Shown here piece by piece: positions 8,247 through 16,762 of a DNA stretch of 64,000 nt. Position numbers and translations under genes: made by a program. The stretch covers positions 600,881 to 664,880 of the forward strand of contig CAVXRK010000009.1 in assembly GCA_963764025.1 (NCBI GenBank), in the 5' to 3' direction. This DNA is from an uncultured Acidobacteriota bacterium. Its GTDB lineage: Bacteria > Acidobacteriota > Thermoanaerobaculia > UBA5066 > Gp7-AA6. Positions within the stretch are counted from its first letter, which is position 1. Every line of letters starts with the position of its first letter. The notes under the pieces were generated by a model. That model had not been told where the DNA came from. It ran no database searches and worked only from the letters and a program-made list of their open reading frames with translations.

Positions 8247-9542
8247 TCACGGCTTCACGTCCTCCCGCACGAGCGGCATGGTCATGCAGCGCGGGCCGCC
8301 GCGCGCGCGGGAGAGCTCGTGCGCGGCGAGCAGGATGACGTACTTCTTGCTCGGCTTCCAGAGCTCGAGCTCCTCGCGGCCGAGCAGCAGGTCCGCTTCG
8401 TCCACCACCGAGTACCCGGCCTTCGAAAGCTGGGCGGCCGTCGCCTCATTCCGGTCGTACATGATCACCACCCCGGGCGCCAGCGCGAAGGCGTTGGCAC
8501 CGTCGGTCCATTGCTCGCGCCGTTCGGCGATCGGATCCTCTCCGCCGCAGCGGATGGGCTTGACGTCGAGCTTGGCGGCCTTCAACGCCGAGAGCAGGTC
8601 CTTTTCGGTCGTCCACGTGATTTCGCGCTTGGTGAGGTCGCATTCGTAGACATCCGCCTCTTCCGCGCCGTCGGGCAGGATCATCGGCCCGTACACCAGG
8701 CACTCTTCCTGCGAGATCATCGTAAATACCGTGTCGAGGTGCATGAACGAGCGCTCGGGCGGGATCGCGACGACGATGATGCGCTTGATCGGGGACTTCA
8801 GCTTCTTGAACGACTCCGCCAGCCGCTCGATCGTCGTCTTCTCCGTCCGCTCCGAGTAGCCGATCGCGAGCAGGTCCTCCCGCAGGACGAGCACGTCGCC
8901 TCCCTCGAGCGTCGGGCGCATCCGCGCGTAGGCCGAGGGCTTGGAGTAGTCGGCGGAGAACTCCTGGAACCAGAACTTGCCGCCCTCGGGGCTCGCAAAC
9001 CGGGGATGGAGGGACATCACGTAACCCGAGAGGAGTGGCTCGCGCAGGCGCGCCGCCGTCGCCATCGAGCCGCGCACCGACCGCTCTCCCACCACGACGA
9101 GCGGATCGCGCTGGAAGAAGTAATTCGGAATCGGCGGCAGCCAGTAGAGCTCCGAGGCCGCGCTCGCGATGTCCGGGGCCGGCTTCTCGATTCCCGCGAT
9201 CAGGGCCGAGGCGAGCTGCTCGGCCGTCAGGTCCCGCAGCCGGTTGTTCATGTCCGCGTCCCAGCCGAGGATGGTGCCGAGGTCGTCCAGGATCGCGCCC
9301 CGCTGCTCGGGGACGTCCAGGACTTCCTCGAGCAGGTCCTGGACTTCCAGGACCTCGTCGGCGACGTACCCGAGAACCTGCTGGAATCGCCGGTGCTCCT
9401 CGCGGGCCCGGTTCCCGTAGAGGATGTCGTCGAAGAGGAGCTCCTCCATCATCGACGGGACCATGCGGTCGATCTCCGGCCCGGGCAGGTGCACCAGGAC
9501 GGACTTCAATTTGCCGATCTCGGAAGTGACTTTGAGGCTCAT
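8247..9542 (-). CDS. arcA: Arginine deiminase.
   Basis: 431 aa with the ADI family motifs FMHLDTVF and the catalytic GGPRCMTMPL. Confidence 0.9.
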   Translation of the reverse strand: MSLKVTSEIGKLKSVLVHLPGPEIDRMVPSMMEELLFDDILYGNRAREEHRRFQQVLGYVADEVLEVQDLLEEVLDVPEQRGAILDDLGTILGWDADMNNRLRDLTAEQLASALIAGIEKPAPDIASAASELYWLPPIPNYFFQRDPLVVVGERSVRGSMATAARLREPLLSGYVMSLHPRFASPEGGKFWFQEFSADYSKPSAYARMRPTLEGGDVLVLREDLLAIGYSERTEKTTIERLAESFKKLKSPIKRIIVVAIPPERSFMHLDTVFTMISQEECLVYGPMILPDGAEEADVYECDLTKREITWTTEKDLLSALKAAKLDVKPIRCGGEDPIAERREQWTDGANAFALAPGVVIMYDRNEATAAQLSKAGYSVVDEADLLLGREELELWKPSKKYVILLAAHELSRARGGPRCMTMPLVREDVKP

Positions 9543-9668
9543 GCAGGCACCGACAGGAACGCGGGATTCTACAGGAGTGGACGCCGGGGCCGAAATGTGG
9601 GGCGCGGGCCGAACCGTTGTGCCCCGATGCGACGCGCCCTCTCCCGCGTGTCGCGGCGCGACCCGGGG

Positions 9669-10772
9669 TCAGGCCGGCGGAAGAAGGGAAATGCGGGCCG
9701 CCGCGTCCCTGGCCGCTTCGGTCTCGGAGTCGGCTTTCTCGGCGATCGTCTCCAGGCGCGTCGCCAGACGTTCGAAGGCCCGGGACGTTTCCTCGTACTG
9801 CTTCTGCGCGTTGCCGAGGTGGACTCCGAGCTTCTCGAGCGGCGCCCCCGCGCGGTCCCACAGGCGCGCCAGCTCGGCGAGATTCTGGTGGACCTCGCGG
9901 GCATTCTCCTGCAGCTCGATGCCCCGAAGTCCCAGCGCGACCGTCGAGAGGTACGCATAGAGAAGCCGCGGCGAGACGGGGATGACGCGCTTGCCCGAGG
10001 CGTAATCGGCGATCGCGCCTTCCTCCGAATCCTCGACGATGTCCGCATACACCGCCTCGGCCGGCACGTACATGAAGGCGAAGTCGCACGTCCCGCTGGC
10101 GGGACGGATGTACTTCTCGGCAATCGCGTCGACGTGTTTGCGGACGTCCCGGCCGAACTGCTGCTTCGCCCGGCGCCGCTCTCCCTCGTCTTCCGTCTCG
10201 CGTGCGCGGCGGAAGTTCTCGAGGGGGAACTTACTGTCGATCGGGACCAGACGTTCCTGGACGAAGACCACGGCGTCGACGACGACCCCGTCGCCCAGGG
10301 GATGCTGCATGGCGAACGCGCCGGGCGGCAGGACCTGCGAAAGCGCCTGTTCCAGGAACAGCTCGCCGAGCGTGCCACGCAGCTTCGGCGGCTTCAGGAG
10401 GTCCTCGAGCCGGGTGACGTCGCCGGCGAGTTTCTCGATCTTCTGGGAGGCTTCGTGCAGGCGCCCGAGGCGCTCGCCGAGCTCCTTGAGGAGGTGGCCG
10501 GACTTGCCCAGGTGGTCCACGACGCTCTGCTGCCCGGCGGCCAGCCGCTTGTCGATCCCGTCGACCCGCGTGTCCATCGTGCGGCGGAGCTCCTCGAAAC
10601 GCCGGTCGACGGACTGAGAAGCCTCCCGTGCTCGGGCCGTCTCGGCGAGCAGGCGGTCGATCCGCCCGGCGGCCTCCCGCGAGCGAGCGAGGAACAAGGC
10701 GAACGCGCCCGCCACGGCGGCGAGCACGGCGATCGCCAGGACGGAGGCGAGGAGGACAGCGCCGGAGCCCAT
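9669..10772 (-). CDS. rmuC: DNA recombination protein RmuC.
   Basis: 367 aa with an N-terminal TM helix and coiled coil, plus the RmuC C-terminal nuclease-like domain (FAFMYVPAEAVYA...). Confidence 0.8.
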   Translation of the reverse strand: MGSGAVLLASVLAIAVLAAVAGAFALFLARSREAAGRIDRLLAETARAREASQSVDRRFEELRRTMDTRVDGIDKRLAAGQQSVVDHLGKSGHLLKELGERLGRLHEASQKIEKLAGDVTRLEDLLKPPKLRGTLGELFLEQALSQVLPPGAFAMQHPLGDGVVVDAVVFVQERLVPIDSKFPLENFRRARETEDEGERRRAKQQFGRDVRKHVDAIAEKYIRPASGTCDFAFMYVPAEAVYADIVEDSEEGAIADYASGKRVIPVSPRLLYAYLSTVALGLRGIELQENAREVHQNLAELARLWDRAGAPLEKLGVHLGNAQKQYEETSRAFERLATRLETIAEKADSETEAARDAAARISLLPPA

Positions 10773-10915
10773 CGATTACAGGATAGCCCCGGAATGGACA
10801 AATGATGTCCGAGCGGCCGCTTTCCCCGGTTCGTCGACGATGCGACAATAGCCGGGTGAAAGAATCCGGCGGCCCTCCGAAGAAGCGGCAGGAAGACCAG
10901 GAAATCGACTATCTG

Positions 10916-11056
10916 ATGTGCTCGCAGTGCGGCACGCCCTGCTACGTGTTCGAGATGGACGGCAGCCGCATCGTGGAAGCCACCTGCCTCGTCTGCGGCA
11001 ACGACGAGGTCGCGATGTTCAACCTCGGCGAGGAAGCCGGCCCGGACGATGACTGA
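10916..11056 (+). CDS. Small zinc-ribbon protein (CxxC...CxxC) of about 46 aa. The longer ORF 10802..11056 has an alternative upstream start.
   Basis: MCSQCGTPCYVFEMDGSRIVEATCLVCGNDEVAMFNLGEEAGPDDD. It overlaps the purB start by 8 nt. Confidence 0.3.
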   Translation: MCSQCGTPCYVFEMDGSRIVEATCLVCGNDEVAMFNLGEEAGPDDD

Positions 11057-12473
11057 CTCCTACGTCAACCCGCTGACCGAGCGCTACGCCTCGGCGGAGA
11101 TGTCGCGCATCTTCTCCCCCGGCTCGAAGTTCGAGACCTGGCGGCGCCTCTGGCTGTGGCTCGCGGAGGAGGAGCGGCGCCTGGGCCTGCCCGTCTCCGA
11201 CGAGGCCATCGCCCAGATGCGCGCGCACCTCTCGGACATCGACTTCGCCGCGGCCGCGAAAGAGGAGGCGCGCACGCGCCACGACGTCATGGCGCACGTC
11301 CGCGTCTTCGGCGATGCGGCGCCGGCCGCCCGGGGCATCATCCACTGGGGAGCGACGTCCGCCTACGTCACCGACAACGGCGACCTGCTCCAGATGCGCG
11401 AAGCGCTGACCTTGACCGAGCGGCGACTCGTCTCGGTCCTGCGCCGCCTCCGCGACTTCGCGCTCGCCCATCGGGACCTCCCGGCGCTCGCCTACACCCA
11501 CTTCCAGCCCGCCCAGCCGACGACGGTCGGCAAGCGCGCGGCCCTCTGGGCCTCGGACTTCCTGCTCGACCTCGAGCAGGTGCGCGCGGTCAGGCAGGGC
11601 CTGCGCTTCCTCGGCGCCAAGGGGGCGACCGGCACGCAGGCCTCGTTCCTCCGGCTCTTCGACGGCGATTCCGGAAAGGTCGAGGAGCTCGACGCCGCGC
11701 TCTCCCGGCGCGCCGGGTTCGAGCGCCGGCAGATGGTCTCGGGCCAGACCTACACGCGCAAACAGGACGACTTCGTCGTCCACGCTCTCTCCGGAATCGC
11801 GCAGTCCTCCCATAAGTCGGCGACCGACCTGCGCCTCCTCCAGCACGAGGGCGAGCTCGAGGAGCCGTTCGAGTCCTCGCAGATCGGCTCCTCGGCCATG
11901 CCCTACAAGCGCAACCCCATGCGCGCCGAGCGGGTCTGCTCGCTGGCGCGCCACGTCATCGCCCTGTCGGTCGACACCGCTCTGACCGCGGCCACCCAGT
12001 GGCTCGAGCGCACCCTCGACGATTCGGCCAACAAGCGGATCGCCGTGCCCGAGGCCTTCCTCGCGACCGACGCGATCCTGGTGCTCCTCGAGAACGTCTT
12101 CGGCGGCCTCGTCGTCCACCCGGACGTCTCGCGGCGCAAGCTCGAGGCCGAGATCCCGTTCCTCGCGACCGAGAACGTGATGATGGAGGCCGTGCGTCGC
12201 GGGGGCGACCGGCAGGAGCTGCACGAGAAGCTCCGCGTCCACGCCCGCGCCTCGGCCGAGGCGCGCTCGGCGACGGGCGAGCCGGCCGACCTCTTCGACC
12301 GGATCGCCGACGACCCGGCGTTCGGGATGAGCCGCGAGGAGCTCGTCCGCGCCTCGCGGCCGGAGACTCTCGTCGGCCGCAGCGCCGCCCAGGTCGAGAC
12401 CTTCATCCGCGAAGAGCTCGACCCGGCGCTCGCGGGCGCCGCCACCGCGCAGATCGCGCCCGTCCGCGTGTGA
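11049..12473 (+). CDS. purB: Adenylosuccinate lyase.
   Basis: 474 aa with the fumarate lyase signature GSSAMPYKRNP. Confidence 0.95.
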   Translation: MTDSYVNPLTERYASAEMSRIFSPGSKFETWRRLWLWLAEEERRLGLPVSDEAIAQMRAHLSDIDFAAAAKEEARTRHDVMAHVRVFGDAAPAARGIIHWGATSAYVTDNGDLLQMREALTLTERRLVSVLRRLRDFALAHRDLPALAYTHFQPAQPTTVGKRAALWASDFLLDLEQVRAVRQGLRFLGAKGATGTQASFLRLFDGDSGKVEELDAALSRRAGFERRQMVSGQTYTRKQDDFVVHALSGIAQSSHKSATDLRLLQHEGELEEPFESSQIGSSAMPYKRNPMRAERVCSLARHVIALSVDTALTAATQWLERTLDDSANKRIAVPEAFLATDAILVLLENVFGGLVVHPDVSRRKLEAEIPFLATENVMMEAVRRGGDRQELHEKLRVHARASAEARSATGEPADLFDRIADDPAFGMSREELVRASRPETLVGRSAAQVETFIREELDPALAGAATAQIAPVRV

Positions 12474-13123
12474 GCGCGCGCCGGCCCGGCGCTTCCCTGC
12501 TGCTCCTCCTGCTCGCGTCGGCCTGCGCTTCGAGCCGTCCCGTATCCCACCCCATCCCGCCCTCCGAGGCGACGGGCGGCTGGAGCGAGGAGGGCCTCGC
12601 GTCCTGGTACGGCGGCGACGACGGCTTCGAGGGCAAGCCGACGGCCTCCGGCGAGATCTACGACTCCTCCCGCCTGACGGCGGCGCATCGCGACCTTCCG
12701 CTCGGCACCGTCGTCTCCGTGAAGAACCTCGACAACGGCCGGGCCGTCCAGGTCCGCATCAACGACCGGGGCCCGTTCGTCCACGGCCGGGTCATCGACC
12801 TTTCGCGCGCCGCCGCGAGCGAGCTCGGCCTCATCGGCCCGGGCGTGGGACCCGTGCGGATCACGATCATCGCTCCAGGCGCGGTGCCGACGCCGTCGCT
12901 CCCCGGCGGAGAGTGGTCGGTCCAGGTCGGCTCCTTCGGCGAGCCCGGCCGCGCACAGCGGCACGCAAGCCGCGTGCGCGAGGCGGGCTTCCCCGTGTAC
13001 CTCGAGCCCTACGACGGGCTGACGCGCGTGAAGGTCGGGCCGTTCGACTCCCGGGCGGCCGCGTCAAAGAAGCTCGCGGAGCTCGAGAACGCGGACTTCG
13101 AGGGGATCGTCGTTCCCCGGTAG
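12470..13123 (+). CDS. rlpA: RlpA-like septal ring lytic transglycosylase family lipoprotein (DPBB domain plus a C-terminal SPOR domain).
   Basis: The GTG start overlaps the purB stop as GTGTGA. There is a signal peptide with lipobox LASAC. The DPBB domain is SWYGGDDGFEGKPTASGEIYD and the SPOR tail is WSVQVGSFGEPGRAQRHASRVREAGFPV. Confidence 0.8.
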   Translation: MSARRPGASLLLLLLASACASSRPVSHPIPPSEATGGWSEEGLASWYGGDDGFEGKPTASGEIYDSSRLTAAHRDLPLGTVVSVKNLDNGRAVQVRINDRGPFVHGRVIDLSRAAASELGLIGPGVGPVRITIIAPGAVPTPSLPGGEWSVQVGSFGEPGRAQRHASRVREAGFPVYLEPYDGLTRVKVGPFDSRAAASKKLAELENADFEGIVVPR

Positions 13124-13308
13124 GAGCGGACCGCAGAGGACGGCGGACGGCGGACAGGCAGACTCCCTTTCCCCCCGCTTACTGCTTACTGCTCCCTTAT
13201 CCAGCTTCTCGCCATCTGCCATCTCGCCTTCTCGCCATCCGCCATCTGCCGTCTCCCTATCGATCCGACCTGGCAGGGATCTTGAAGGCATCGCACTCGG
13301 AGGTGTCT

Positions 13309-13611
13309 ATGAAAATGCATCGGATTCTCGCGTCGATGGCGGTTCTGCTTCTCGCTCTCTGCGTCAATGCTTCCGCCAAGGACCGGCCTCATGAAGGCAA
13401 GATCGTCAGCATCGATTCGTCCATGCAGTCGATGGTGATCCAGGGAGAGGACGGCGATCAGTGGACCGTCTACTGGACCGAGACGACCAAGCTGAAGAAC
13501 GAGCTGACGATGACGGAGCTCAAGGCCGGCGACTCCGTCCACTTCGACTACGTCGAGAAGGACGGCAAGATGTTCGTGACGGAGCTTCGCCGCACGCACA
13601 AAGCCGACTGA
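13309..13611 (+). CDS. Small secreted periplasmic protein, CusF-like (putative Cu(I)/Ag(I)-binding OB fold).
   Basis: 100 aa with signal peptide MKMHRILASMAVLLLALCVNASA. The mature part (GKIVSID..SSMQSMVIQGEDGDQW..KAGDSVHFDYVEKDGKMFVTEL) aligns by eye with CusF, including the M..M..W motif. A GGAGGTG RBS sits 5 nt upstream. Confidence 0.55.
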   Translation: MKMHRILASMAVLLLALCVNASAKDRPHEGKIVSIDSSMQSMVIQGEDGDQWTVYWTETTKLKNELTMTELKAGDSVHFDYVEKDGKMFVTELRRTHKAD

Positions 13612-13703
13612 CCGCCGCCCACGGGTGACGCGGACCGGGCCTCCGTCTTCCATGCGAGACGGAGACCCGGGCGCTTCACCTTCCCCGCTAGAATCGCTCC
13701 CCG

Positions 13704-14633
13704 ATGACCTCGTCGACTCCCGCGATCTCGTGTCGCGGCCTGCGCAAGTCCTACGGCGACGTCAAGGCCGTCGACGGTCTCGATCTCGAGGTCCACCCCG
13801 GCGAGTGCTTCGGCCTCCTCGGACCCAACGGCGCCGGCAAGACGACGACGATCGAGATCCTCGAGGGGTTGACGACCCCGGACTCCGGCGAAGTCACCGT
13901 GCTCGGACGGGCCTGGGGCAGCCACGAGCGGGAGCTCCGCGAGAGGCTCGGGATCTCGCTCCAGGAGAGCCGGCTGACGGAGAAGCTCACGGTCTACGAG
14001 ACGCTCGAGCTCTTCCGATCCTTCTACGCCCGCGGCCGGTCCCCCGAGCAGCTCCTGGCGGACCTCTCCCTCGAGGAAAAGCGCGACGCGCGGGTCGGCA
14101 AACTGTCGGGCGGCCAGCGCCAGCGGCTCGCCGTCGCCTGCGCCCTCGCGGGCGACCCGGAGATCCTTTTCCTCGACGAGCCGACCACGGGCCTCGACCC
14201 GCAGAGCCGCCTCCAGCTCTGGGAACGAATCGCCGTGCACAAGGCCGCGGGGCGCACGGTGCTGCTGACGACGCACTACATGGAGGAAGCCGAGCGGCTC
14301 TGCGAACGGGTCGCCGTCGTTGACCACGGACGGATCATCGCGCTCGGTACGCCGGCGGAGCTGATCGCGCAGCTCCACGCGCCGCACATCATCGAGTTCT
14401 CGACCGAGCCGCCGGTCTCCCAGGCCTTTCTCGCTCGCGTGCCGGGCGTCGGCGAGCCGCGTCAACGCGACGAGCGGTGGCTTCTCCCGGCCTCCTCGCT
14501 CGCCCAGGCCGTGCCGGCGCTGCTTTCGGCGCTCGACGCGGAGAGGGCGAAGCTCGTATCGCTCTCGACTCATCGGTCGACGCTCGAGGACGTGTTCATC
14601 GCGCTGACGGGCCGGGAGCTGCGCGATGAGTGA
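13704..14633 (+). CDS. ABC transporter ATP-binding protein (ABC-2 exporter type).
   Basis: Walker A GPNGAGKTT, signature LSGGQRQRL, Walker B ILFLDEPTTGLD. Confidence 0.9.
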   Translation: MTSSTPAISCRGLRKSYGDVKAVDGLDLEVHPGECFGLLGPNGAGKTTTIEILEGLTTPDSGEVTVLGRAWGSHERELRERLGISLQESRLTEKLTVYETLELFRSFYARGRSPEQLLADLSLEEKRDARVGKLSGGQRQRLAVACALAGDPEILFLDEPTTGLDPQSRLQLWERIAVHKAAGRTVLLTTHYMEEAERLCERVAVVDHGRIIALGTPAELIAQLHAPHIIEFSTEPPVSQAFLARVPGVGEPRQRDERWLLPASSLAQAVPALLSALDAERAKLVSLSTHRSTLEDVFIALTGRELRDE

Positions 14634-15672
14634 GGAGCGCCTCCACCCGCTCTACGCGCTGACGCGCACGCGCATCCTCGAGTTCGTCCGGGAGCCCGAG
14701 GCGCTCTTCTGGGTCTTCGCCTTTCCGATCCTCATGGCCGTGGTCCTCGGCTTCGCGTTTCGCGACCGGCCGCCGGATCCCGTCTCGGTCGGCGTCGTCG
14801 CCGGCCCGTCGGCTCCCGAGATCTCCGAGGCGCTGGCGAAGTCCGAAACCGTCCGCCCGGCCACCCTGGCCACGCTCGCCGAGGGCCTCGAGCGGCTGCG
14901 GACGGGCAAGATCACGCTCCTCGTCGAGGAAGGGCCGGAAGGGCTCGTCTACCACTTCGATCCAACGCGCCCGGACGCGCGCCTCGCCCGGCTCGAGGTC
15001 GACGCGGCGATCCAGGTCTCGCGCGGCCGGCGCGACCCGACGCCCCCCAGAGTCGAGCTCGTCCACGAGAAGGGCTCCCGCTACATCGACTTCCTGCTGC
15101 CCGGAATCCTGGGCCTGAATCTCATGGGAACCGGGATCTGGGGAATCGGCTTCTCGATCGTCAACACGCGCCTGAAGAAGACGCTCAAGTTGATGGTCGC
15201 GACACCGATGCGAAAGAGCGACTACCTCCTCGCCCAGATGCTGTCGCGCTTCTTTTTCCTCGTCATGGAGGTGGCGCTCATCCTGGCCTTCGGCGTCGCG
15301 GCGTTCCACGTCCCGATCCGCGGGCCGCTCTGGGTGCTCGCCCTCTCGACCGTCGTCGGCTCGGTCTGCTTCGCGGGCCTGGGACTGCTCGTCGTCGCCC
15401 GCGCGCGCACGCTCGAGGCCGCGAGCGGCCTGATGAACCTCGTCATGGTGCCGATGTGGCTGCTTTCGGGCGTCTTCTTCTCCTCCGAGCGCTTTCCGAA
15501 GGCCGCGCAGCCGGTCATCCAGGCCCTGCCCCTCACGGCCTTGAACAACGCGCTCCGGGGGGTGATGCTGGAGGGGTGGGGGCTCGTCGGCGTCGCCCCC
15601 GAGCTGGCGATCCTCGCGGTCTGGGGGGTCGTCGCCTTCGCCGTCGCCCTGAAGATCTTCCGCTGGCAGTGA
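14626..15672 (+). CDS. ABC-2 family transporter permease.
   Basis: 348 aa with six predicted TM helices. It overlaps the ATPase stop by 8 nt. Confidence 0.85.
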   Translation: MSEERLHPLYALTRTRILEFVREPEALFWVFAFPILMAVVLGFAFRDRPPDPVSVGVVAGPSAPEISEALAKSETVRPATLATLAEGLERLRTGKITLLVEEGPEGLVYHFDPTRPDARLARLEVDAAIQVSRGRRDPTPPRVELVHEKGSRYIDFLLPGILGLNLMGTGIWGIGFSIVNTRLKKTLKLMVATPMRKSDYLLAQMLSRFFFLVMEVALILAFGVAAFHVPIRGPLWVLALSTVVGSVCFAGLGLLVVARARTLEAASGLMNLVMVPMWLLSGVFFSSERFPKAAQPVIQALPLTALNNALRGVMLEGWGLVGVAPELAILAVWGVVAFAVALKIFRWQ

Positions 15673-15802
15673 CGCCCCGGGAGGGCATATTCTCGGCGCC
15701 GGTTTCGTCGTTTCGTATTCCAATCCCGGTCCGGGCGGAAGAGGAGCGTGCGTCATCGAAGTTCTCATCGTCAATCAGAACGAGGTCCCTCGCCTCCTTC
15801 CG

Positions 15803-16762
15803 GTGAAGGACTGCGTCGACGTCATGGCGCGCGCCTTCGCCGCCCTGGCGCGCGGGGAGGCCGAGATGCCGGTCCGGCAGATCCACTGGCTCCCGGGCAA
15901 GACCGGCGCCCTCGGCCTCATGCCCGCCCACCTCACGGGGCTCGCGGCCGTGGGCGTGAAGGCCGTGACGTTCTTTCCCCGGAACGAAGGCACCGACATC
16001 GACTCCCACCAGGGTGCGGTGCTGCTCTTCGAAGCCGGGCGCGGGCGGCTCCTGGCGATGATCGACGCCACGTCGATCACGGCCGTACGCACGGCCGCGG
16101 TCAGCGGGCTCGCCACGCGCCTGCTCGCGAAAGAAGATGCCGGAGATCTCGCGATCGTCGGGTCCGGGGTGCAAGCCCGCACCCACCTCGAGGCAATGCG
16201 CGCCGTGCGAACCATCCGCCGGGTCCGGGTCGCGAGCAAAACTCTGGCCCGCGCGAAGAGCTTCGCCGAACGCGAGGGCAAGCGCCACGCGATTGCGATC
16301 ACCCCCTGCGCCTCCGTGCAGGAAGCGGTCACGGGCGCCGACATCGTCTGCACCGTGACCTCTTCGCGCGAGCCGGTGGTGCGCGGGGAGTGGCTCCAGG
16401 ACGGTGCGCACGTCAACGCGGTCGGCTCGAGCGTCGCGTCCGCCCGGGAGGTCGACACCGCCGCCGTCGTACGCTCCCGCCTCTTCGTCGACCACCGCGC
16501 CTCCGCGCTCCAGGAGGCGGGCGACTTCCTGATCCCGCGCGGGGAGGGCGCCGTGACCGACGCCCACATCCGCGGCGAGCTCGGCGAGGTCTTGAACGGC
16601 GCCGTCCCGGGCCGCACGTCGCCCTCCGACCTCACGCTCTTCAAGTCCGTCGGCCTCGCCATCGAGGATGTCGCCGCGGCGCAGCACATCTACTCGAAGG
16701 CGCGCGGCTCCGGCTTCGGCCAGTTCGTCGAGTTCGGTGGGAGCCGCCGCGACGCCGATTGA
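15803..16762 (+). CDS. Ornithine cyclodeaminase/mu-crystallin family protein. The N-terminus probably extends upstream; see findings.
   Basis: 319 aa with an OCD Rossmann fold (DLAIVGSGVQARTHLEAM). The in-frame upstream codons 15752-15802 encode VIEVLIVNQNEVPRLLP, which matches OCD N-termini but contains no ATG, GTG or TTG. Confidence 0.8.
   Translation: MKDCVDVMARAFAALARGEAEMPVRQIHWLPGKTGALGLMPAHLTGLAAVGVKAVTFFPRNEGTDIDSHQGAVLLFEAGRGRLLAMIDATSITAVRTAAVSGLATRLLAKEDAGDLAIVGSGVQARTHLEAMRAVRTIRRVRVASKTLARAKSFAEREGKRHAIAITPCASVQEAVTGADIVCTVTSSREPVVRGEWLQDGAHVNAVGSSVASAREVDTAAVVRSRLFVDHRASALQEAGDFLIPRGEGAVTDAHIRGELGEVLNGAVPGRTSPSDLTLFKSVGLAIEDVAAAQHIYSKARGSGFGQFVEFGGSRRDAD

Noticed and set aside
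8055-10805. 916-aa +strand ORF, and minus-strand ORFs 8446..10089 and 9569..10378, overlapping arcA and rmuC.
   Set aside because: They lie opposite or offset to the clearly homologous arcA and rmuC genes and are R/G/P-rich with no domain-like segments. They are spurious.
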